Below are positions 7,826-13,531 of a stretch of DNA of 16,580 nt, piece after piece; position 1 is the first letter of the stretch, and each line of letters begins with the position of its first letter. Below the pieces are notes generated by a model. The model had not been told where the DNA came from. It ran no database searches and saw nothing but the letters and a program-made list of their open reading frames with translations. The position numbers and the translations under genes are program-made. Origin of the DNA: an uncultured Gammaproteobacteria bacterium (GTDB lineage Bacteria > Patescibacteriota > Microgenomatia > Daviesbacterales > UBA10151); the NCBI GenBank assembly GCA_964522265.1, contig CAZFVS010000003.1, forward strand, positions 855 to 17,434. Direction: 5' to 3'.

Positions 7826-8794
7826 TTACTGCACTCTCCATTCAAAATTGCTATACACCCAGTCAATCAGTCTCTTTGTTTCGCCGAACCGATCCTGGCT
7901 GGACAACACAACTGTCAATATTTTGTGCCCATTTTTTTCAGCAAGCCCTACAAAATTTTCTCCTGCCTTTTCGGTAAACCCGGTTTTAATCCCTAAAATA
8001 CCTTCTTCTGATAAAAGCTTGTTCAAATTTTTAAGGTGGTGCACTTTTGTCTTATCAAAAGCCAGGATTGAAGTCTCTTTGGTAGCCACTATTTTGGACA
8101 GGTACGGATCGAGTGCCGCAGCTTTGGAAAATACAGCCAGATCATACGCAGAGGAATAGTGCTTTTCGGAGTCAAAACCGGCCGGGTTTTGGAAATGGCT
8201 GTCTGCCAAATTCAGTTGTTTGACCTTTTCATTCATTTTATCCACAAAAACATCTATCCCCCCGGGGTAATTTAATGCAATTGTATAAGCCGCATCATTA
8301 CCCGAATTCAAAAGCATTCCGTAAAGCAGGCTTCTGAAAGTGAGTTTCTCGTCTTTGCTTACACCCATACTCGACCCGCCGACAATCGCCTGTACAGGAA
8401 CTGTCAGGATCTCTCCCGGCTTAAAATATTCTTGAGCGATCAGTGCCGATACAATTTTGGTGGTAGAGGCCGGGGGCAGGCGGTTGTGGATATTTTTTCC
8501 AAAAAGAACCTGTCCTGAATCTAAATCCTGGGCTAAAACTGCCTGGGCACTAAATTCAGGCTGTGGAATATTTTTATTTTCAATCGAAATTGTCGGTGTT
8601 ACCGCAACTTCAACCTGCTGTTTGGAAAATACAGGCTTTACCTGTGGTTGGTTGCCTAAAAAAGCCACCTTGCTTTCTGCCAGTTCAACAATTTTTGGAG
8701 TCTCAATTAAAAATAATGCAGCTGCTGCAAAAAACAGAATGCTGGAAAAGATAAAGCTATACTGCTTGAAACGACTTGCAAGTTTAGCGGGCAT
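7826..8794 (-). CDS. D-alanyl-D-alanine carboxypeptidase (serine peptidase S11, low-MW PBP) with an N-terminal membrane anchor
   Basis: All three PBP motifs are present in order: SxxK (ASTTK), SxN (NSGND) and KTG (GIKTGFT). The N-terminal helix is FIFSSILFFAAAALFLI. The start overlaps the aspS 3' end by 11 nt. Confidence 0.88.
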   Translation of the reverse strand: MPAKLASRFKQYSFIFSSILFFAAAALFLIETPKIVELAESKVAFLGNQPQVKPVFSKQQVEVAVTPTISIENKNIPQPEFSAQAVLAQDLDSGQVLFGKNIHNRLPPASTTKIVSALIAQEYFKPGEILTVPVQAIVGGSSMGVSKDEKLTFRSLLYGMLLNSGNDAAYTIALNYPGGIDVFVDKMNEKVKQLNLADSHFQNPAGFDSEKHYSSAYDLAVFSKAAALDPYLSKIVATKETSILAFDKTKVHHLKNLNKLLSEEGILGIKTGFTEKAGENFVGLAEKNGHKILTVVLSSQDRFGETKRLIDWVYSNFEWRVQ

Positions 8795-10184
8795 GAAATA
8801 GAGTGATTCCTAACTCTTTTAATTGCTCATCGCTTGCCTGGGATGGTGCATCCATCACTGCTGTCTGACCCGAAGAAGTAGCCGGGAAAGCCATAACTTC
8901 CCTAACGCTTGGTTCACCTAAAAGTGCCATTAGAAACCTATCGATCCCGGGTGCAATTCCTCCATGCGGCGGCACTCCAAATTTAAAAGCTGTTAACATA
9001 TGGTTGAATTGTTTTTTTTGTTCCTGCGAAAAACCGATCAGCTCAAAGATTTTTTCCTGAATTTCAGCTTGATGAATTCTAATACTTCCTCCTCCAACTT
9101 CAAAACCATTTAAAACTAAATCATGCTGTAATCCTCTGACTTCCCCTGGATCAGAATCTAAAAGCGGAATATCATCCGGGTGTGGAGCTGTAAACATATG
9201 ACGTGAGGGTGCAAATTTAGCACTACCGGTACCATGGTAAAAATCCTCTTTAGATTGCTGTGTAAACAGGGGAAAATCTATTGTCCAAGCGAAAGCCAAT
9301 TCGTCCGAATTATTTTTGTCTTTTCTCAAATCAGGTTTATCAGTGCCATATTTTGCCATAGCTTCTTTGTGGGCGATTCTGGGCCAGGAGGATTGCATGA
9401 TATGTTTTTCCGGAAATAGTTTACCCACCATCTCTGTAAACATCTTTTCAATAATCTGCAAAATATCTTCCTGGGTGACAAAAGACATCTCTAAATCCAA
9501 TTGGGTAAATTCACCATAAGCTCTATCTGCTCTGGGATCCTCATCTCTAAAACATTTGGCGATCTGAAAATATCTTTCAAAACCCGCTATCATTAACATT
9601 TGTTTATATTGCTGAGGAGATTGAGGTAAGGCATAGAATTTACCTTTTTGCAGCCTGGAAGGGACTATAAAATCCCTGGCTCCTTCAGGCGTAGTTTTTG
9701 TCAGTATTGGTGTTTCAATCTCCACAAAGTCCTCTCCGATTAAATAATTTCTAATAAAACCGGTCATCCGAGAACGTATCTGTAAATTTCGAGCCATCCT
9801 GGGTCGGCGTAAATCTAAATAGCGGTATTTTAAGCGGATTGATTCTTCAATATCATAGCCATCAGTATCTATGGGTAAAGGCAGGGTTTGAGCTTTGGAT
9901 ACAACAGTTAAATGCTTAATCTGCATCTCAATTGTGCCGGTTGAGAGCTTAACATTAATCATTTTGTCCCCTCTTTTAACTATCCCCCCAATAACCTCCA
10001 CTACATCTTCTACACCCAAATCCCCAATTTGTCCACCAGCAGCAACAGCTTGAATAATTCCAGTTCTATCTCTAATATCCAAAAATACAATTTTCCCATG
10101 GTCACGCCTCACAGCCACCCAACCATTGATTTTTACCTCTTCTCCTATTTTATTGTTGCAATCTAAAACCAGTGTTCTCTGCAT
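8784..10184 (-). CDS. aspS: Aspartyl-tRNA synthetase, bacterial-type catalytic core without the GAD insertion domain
   Basis: The 466-aa ORF has an N-terminal OB fold, a class II motif 2 (FRDEDPRADRAYGEFTQLDLEMSF), GGGSIRIH, and motif 3 (GGIAPGIDRFLMAL). Confidence 0.93.
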   Translation of the reverse strand: MQRTLVLDCNNKIGEEVKINGWVAVRRDHGKIVFLDIRDRTGIIQAVAAGGQIGDLGVEDVVEVIGGIVKRGDKMINVKLSTGTIEMQIKHLTVVSKAQTLPLPIDTDGYDIEESIRLKYRYLDLRRPRMARNLQIRSRMTGFIRNYLIGEDFVEIETPILTKTTPEGARDFIVPSRLQKGKFYALPQSPQQYKQMLMIAGFERYFQIAKCFRDEDPRADRAYGEFTQLDLEMSFVTQEDILQIIEKMFTEMVGKLFPEKHIMQSSWPRIAHKEAMAKYGTDKPDLRKDKNNSDELAFAWTIDFPLFTQQSKEDFYHGTGSAKFAPSRHMFTAPHPDDIPLLDSDPGEVRGLQHDLVLNGFEVGGGSIRIHQAEIQEKIFELIGFSQEQKKQFNHMLTAFKFGVPPHGGIAPGIDRFLMALLGEPSVREVMAFPATSSGQTAVMDAPSQASDEQLKELGITLFHAR

Positions 10185-10224
10185 AAATTTTTTACTTAAT
10201 AGATATTAACAGCTTCAATCCTCC

Positions 10225-10253
10225 TTGACAAGGTTTTAAAAAAACCTTATAAT
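10225..10253 (+). promoter_or_regulatory. Perfect consensus sigma70-type promoter: TTGACA, a 17-nt spacer, then TATAAT
   Basis: TTGACA lies at 10225-10230 and TATAAT at 10248-10253, with a spacer of exactly 17 nt. The nearest downstream ATG (10263) is 9 nt after the -10 box. Confidence 0.65.
10230..10248. promoter_or_regulatory. 19-bp palindrome AAGGTTTT-AAA-AAAACCTT filling the promoter spacer (candidate operator)
   Basis: The 8-bp arms are perfectly complementary around a 3-nt centre. The palindrome spans from the last base of the -35 to the first base of the -10. It lies upstream of the predicted TSS, so it is a DNA element rather than an RNA element. Confidence 0.35.
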
Positions 10254-10262
10254 ATTTTTAAT

Positions 10263-10367
10263 ATGCCGCGCACCCAAACCTTGGATCTGAAAAATTTAGG
10301 TATTTTGATTACCAATCTTCTGTTGGTGCTCTTTATGGGAGCATTCTGGGGAGGTCTTTTTAGGTAA
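10263..10367 (+). CDS. 34-codon Leu-rich hydrophobic leader ORF (candidate leader peptide or small membrane peptide)
   Basis: Translation gives MPRTQTLDLKNLGILITNLLLVLFMGAFWGGLFR with a TAA stop, including 9 Leu. There is no SD, and the ATG lies 2-3 nt from the predicted TSS. The last codons contain attenuator segment 1 (GGGAGGTCT, 10349-10357). Confidence 0.35.
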   Translation: MPRTQTLDLKNLGILITNLLLVLFMGAFWGGLFR

Positions 10368-10391
10368 AGCTGCCTAAAAACCGCAGGAATT

Positions 10392-10420
10392 AGACCTCCC
10401 GAATAAAGGGAGGTTTTTTT
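10392..10420 (+). terminator. Intrinsic-terminator-like hairpin plus T7 run, immediately upstream of rel. The 3' arm is the rel SD.
   Basis: ACCTCCC (10394-10400) pairs with GGGAGGT (10408-10414) across the loop GAATAAA. The stem is extendable by G.U and A-U pairs and is followed by T-run 10414-10420. The 5' arm can alternatively pair 9/9 with 10349-10357. Confidence 0.55.
10408..10413 (+). promoter_or_regulatory. Shine-Dalgarno GGGAGG, 7 nt upstream of the rel ATG
   Basis: This is the only strong SD I could find in front of any gene in the window. It is sequestered in the hairpin described above. Confidence 0.6.
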
Positions 10421-11881
10421 ATGTTGAACAGTTTTAAAAACCCATTAATTGTCAGGGCCATTCGTTTTAATGTGCTAAGTTTGGCTGGCAAAAAACGTTA
10501 TTCAGGTGAGCAGTTTAGCGACCATTGTTTAAAAGTCGCCCAAATTCTGGAAAAATTCAGAGTCACCGATCCCATAACCTTAGCTGTTGCTGTTTTGCAT
10601 CACACCCTTTCTGATAGTGCTGCAACACTTTCAGATATTGAGAAAGAGTTTGGTGGTGAAATTGCTTCAATGTTAAAAACCCTTGATAGACTGAGGGTTA
10701 TTAAACTTTCAGAAACTTCCCAGGAAGAGTTCGCTGAAAATCTCAGGATGATGTTTCTAACTCTTGCTCAAGATTTGCGGATTGTTTTGATAAAACTTGC
10801 AGACATTTACGATAACCTTCAGACCTTAAAGTATCTACCCGAGAAAAAAAGGATAGAAGTATCAAGAGAAACTCTTGAAATTTTCGCCCCCCTCTGCGGG
10901 CGTTTAGGGATAGGGGAGATGAAAGGACAGATGCAGGATTTGGCATTTGAATATCTTTATCCTGATGATTACAAAACAACAAAAAGCATATTTAAAACAA
11001 ACTTGAGAAAACTTGACCGGACTCTGCTTAAAATCAAAGCTCAGCTAAAACTTGCTCTGGAAAAAGAAAAAATAGATTATAAACTTGAAAGCCGCACCAA
11101 ACATATCTATTCTCTTTTTACAAAATTTAAACGTCCGGAGATTAATTTTGATACCGGCAAAATTTATGACTTAATAGCTTTTAGGATAATCGTTCAAAAT
11201 ACCGAAGATTGTTATAAAGTTTTGGGATTAATCCATAAATTATGGCGGCCAATGCCGGATAGTGTCCGGGACTTTATTGCACGCCCTAAATTGAATGGAT
11301 ACCAATCTATCCATACCACAGTCTTGGGCCCTGACGACAAACCTTTTGAGATCCAAATCAGGACAAGTGAAATGCATGAAGAGGCTGAATTTGGAGTTGC
11401 AGCACATTGGCACTACGCAGAATCAAAAAGTTCCGGGACATCTGACAACCAGGCGGAAAAAGGCTTCAGTGTACCGGATGATAAGTTAAAATGGGTAAGC
11501 AGTCTGAGCCAGTGGCAGCAGGAGATCGCAGACAATGAGCACAGCTTTCTTTCAGATGAGGAATTTTTAAAATCTATCAAAACGGACTTTTTTGGGGAGA
11601 GGATCTATGTATTCACACCAAAAGGAGATGTAATAGATCTGCCTTTTGGAGCAACACCAATTGATTTCGCATACAAGCTTCATACTAAATTAGGGGATTT
11701 AGCTCTTGGTGCAAAAATTAACGGCAAACTTGCTTCACTCAACACCTCATTAAAAAACAGTAATGTTTGTGAGATTATTATATCCAAGGATAAAAATAAA
11801 AAACCAAGCCGGGACTGGTTAAAATTTGTAGTAACATCTGCTGCGAGAAGACAGATCAAAAAAGCACATCTTTTACTTTAA
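10421..11881 (+). CDS. rel: RelA/SpoT homologue ((p)ppGpp synthetase) with HD-like, SYNTH and TGS domains only. It is C-terminally short and its HD motif is degenerate.
   Basis: Synthetase motifs are present: SRTKHIYSLFTKFKR, DLIAFRIIV, NGYQSIHTTV and EIQIRTSEMHEEAEFGVAAHWHY. The TGS domain reads RIYVFTPKGDVIDLPFGATPIDFAYKLHT..GAKINGK. The HD region reads LHHTLSDS where Rel enzymes have LHDvvEDT. The protein ends about 25 aa after the TGS domain. Confidence 0.9.
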   Translation: MLNSFKNPLIVRAIRFNVLSLAGKKRYSGEQFSDHCLKVAQILEKFRVTDPITLAVAVLHHTLSDSAATLSDIEKEFGGEIASMLKTLDRLRVIKLSETSQEEFAENLRMMFLTLAQDLRIVLIKLADIYDNLQTLKYLPEKKRIEVSRETLEIFAPLCGRLGIGEMKGQMQDLAFEYLYPDDYKTTKSIFKTNLRKLDRTLLKIKAQLKLALEKEKIDYKLESRTKHIYSLFTKFKRPEINFDTGKIYDLIAFRIIVQNTEDCYKVLGLIHKLWRPMPDSVRDFIARPKLNGYQSIHTTVLGPDDKPFEIQIRTSEMHEEAEFGVAAHWHYAESKSSGTSDNQAEKGFSVPDDKLKWVSSLSQWQQEIADNEHSFLSDEEFLKSIKTDFFGERIYVFTPKGDVIDLPFGATPIDFAYKLHTKLGDLALGAKINGKLASLNTSLKNSNVCEIIISKDKNKKPSRDWLKFVVTSAARRQIKKAHLLL

Positions 11882-13439
11882 GCTGCAAGGTTTCTCTACC
11901 GTTAAATTTATTAATCTCCGGATAATATGCCAGGCGAACGAGTTGCCCGGATGAAATTGTTCTTTCCAACTCCCCCATCCCAAATGCGATTGCATCTATT
12001 CCGTCTGCTTTAAATTTTAAGTGTTTGCCATCACCAACTGTCCTTACATCAGAAACTTTCATATTCAAGCAGCACAAAAGCGGTCGGGGGTTTCCCAATC
12101 CGAAAGGCTCCATTCTGTCAATTTCTAAAACCAGTTTTTCCGTTAACTGGTTTGAGTTAATTTGCGCTTCTATTTCAAGAATGTGCTCAAACTTAGGGTA
12201 ACCATCCATGATATTTTCCAGTCTTTCACGAAAAATTGGAATATTTTCATTGATCAGTGAAAACCCTGCAGCACCGGCATGCCCTCCGACATCAATCAGC
12301 AGATCTTTACACTGCCTAATCACCTCGATAATATTAATCCCTTTTATCGACCTGGCAGAACCTTTTGCATGGGTTTCACCAACAGATATAGCAATTGCAG
12401 GAGTGTAATATTGCTCACAAACCCTCCCCGCCACCAAACCGATAATCCCCGGAATCCATTCTTTGCTATCTAAAACATAAATTTTTTTATGACTGTTGCC
12501 CTTTATCAGAATCTTTGCACCATCTACTGCTTCCACGGTTATTTTTTGACGCTCACTATTTGCATCACAAAGAAGCCTGGCAAGTTTTTTTGCCCGACTG
12601 GAATCTTTTGTACAAAGCAGTCTTAACGCATCAATTGCGTGTTCCAGTCTGCCGATGGCATTTAGTCTCGGTCCGATAATATGGCCAATCTCATAAGAGC
12701 CTATCTTTGCAATGTCTATCCCTGCTAATGCAGAAAGCTCCAAAAATCCCAAGTTTTGGGTTTTTCTCAAAACTTTCAAACCCTCCGCAACAAACCCCCG
12801 GCCCAAACCAACCAGGGGTAAAAGATCCGTTACGGTCGCAGTTGCCACAAACTGCAGTAGTTCTTTTGATAGACTCTCACTAATCAGCCCCCGAACTACA
12901 CACCAAGCCACTGCTGCCCCACACATTTTAGTCGAATGGACAATTGCAAAAGCATCAGGTTTTTCATCAAGGGGTAGGTGGTGATCGGTTATAATCAGAT
13001 CCAAACCTAACTCTTTGGCAAACTTAGCTTGCTCCAGCGCCACAATGCCGTTATCAACAGTTACTACAACAGCAGCCCCGCTGTCTCTTACAAACTCCAA
13101 ACCAAGCTTTGATAAACCATAACCTTCTTTTTTTTTTTTTTTAATGTACGGCACTATCTTTGCACCCAAAAAAGATAAGGCTTTGTATAAGATCGCAGAA
13201 GCACAAATCCCATCAACGTCGTAGTCTCCATAAACAACAATCTGCTCATTATTTTCAATAGCTTTTTGGATTCTTTTTTGGGCTATCGGGATTCCGGGAA
13301 TCCGAAGATCGTTTTCGAAAGCTGCAAGCGACGGATTAAAAAATTCCTCTTTTTCTTTTTTAGTTTTTATCCCGCGGTTGGCAAGAAGCTGGGCAGTTAA
13401 GTCTTCTGATACCTTAGGCAATATTTTCCATTCCGGCAT
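11856..13439 (-). CDS. recJ: Single-stranded-DNA-specific exonuclease RecJ (DHH/DHHA1 family)
   Basis: DHH-family motifs are present: YGDYDVDG, VVTVDNG, IITDHHLP and GGHAGAAGFS. The track ORF starts at a TTG at 13472. I call the ATG at 13439 (MPEWKIL...) because an extended -10 lies 12 nt upstream and inside the TTG extension. Confidence 0.9.
   Translation of the reverse strand: MPEWKILPKVSEDLTAQLLANRGIKTKKEKEEFFNPSLAAFENDLRIPGIPIAQKRIQKAIENNEQIVVYGDYDVDGICASAILYKALSFLGAKIVPYIKKKKKEGYGLSKLGLEFVRDSGAAVVVTVDNGIVALEQAKFAKELGLDLIITDHHLPLDEKPDAFAIVHSTKMCGAAVAWCVVRGLISESLSKELLQFVATATVTDLLPLVGLGRGFVAEGLKVLRKTQNLGFLELSALAGIDIAKIGSYEIGHIIGPRLNAIGRLEHAIDALRLLCTKDSSRAKKLARLLCDANSERQKITVEAVDGAKILIKGNSHKKIYVLDSKEWIPGIIGLVAGRVCEQYYTPAIAISVGETHAKGSARSIKGINIIEVIRQCKDLLIDVGGHAGAAGFSLINENIPIFRERLENIMDGYPKFEHILEIEAQINSNQLTEKLVLEIDRMEPFGLGNPRPLLCCLNMKVSDVRTVGDGKHLKFKADGIDAIAFGMGELERTISSGQLVRLAYYPEINKFNGRETLQLKVKDVLF
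13128..13142 (-). repeat. A15 homopolymer on the coding strand (T15 on plus) inside recJ, encoding KKKKK
   Basis: I counted this directly. The plus strand has 15 consecutive T at 13128-13142, corresponding to recJ codons 111-115 (track numbering), AAA x5. It sits just before the conserved EGYGL block. Confidence 0.95.
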
Positions 13440-13451
13440 AATATGGGAGAA

Positions 13452-13480
13452 ATTGTAACACAAGAAAGGCAAGCAATGAA
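13452..13480 (-). promoter_or_regulatory. Candidate recJ promoter: TTCATT, a 17-nt spacer, then the extended -10 TGtTACAAT
   Basis: The minus strand reads TGTTACAAT (13460..13452), followed by TTCTCCCATATT and then the ATG at 13439. The -35-like TTCATT lies at 13480..13475. Confidence 0.4.
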
Positions 13481-13496
13481 AATAATTTCATATATC

Positions 13497-13525
13497 TTGC
13501 CTCAGTCAACCCTGTGGCGTACAAT
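13497..13525 (+). promoter_or_regulatory. Candidate cca promoter: TTGCCT, a 17-nt spacer, TACAAT, then 6 nt to the ATG (leaderless geometry)
   Basis: TTGCCT lies at 13497-13502 and TACAAT at 13520-13525, with the ATG at 13532. The +7 position from the -10 box falls on the A of the ATG. Confidence 0.45.
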
Positions 13526-13531
13526 CTAAAC

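Noticed and set aside
10185-10224. A defined aspS promoter in the divergent spacer (TTGAAG at 10218..10213, with TAAGTA or TAAAAA candidates)
   Set aside because: The spacings between the -35-like and -10-like hexamers are 14 or 18 nt, and the hexamers are weak. I could not settle on a single credible promoter call.
10260-10420. The rel leader might be a known riboswitch or T-box
   Set aside because: I could not find the conserved T-box sequence or a specifier-loop layout, and no motif I recognise from the ykkC/ppGpp or other riboswitch classes. At about 160 nt the leader is short for a T-box, and a plausible leader ORF is present. A cmscan against Rfam would be the decisive check.
13440-13531. 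The TTG extension of recJ (to 13472) and the GTG extension of cca (from 13514) in the ORF track
   Set aside because: Both extensions run through the -10 elements of the best promoter candidates. In each case an ATG immediately downstream gives an N-terminus that fits the family. The same reasoning was applied to the TTG extension of hutG (5079-5099).
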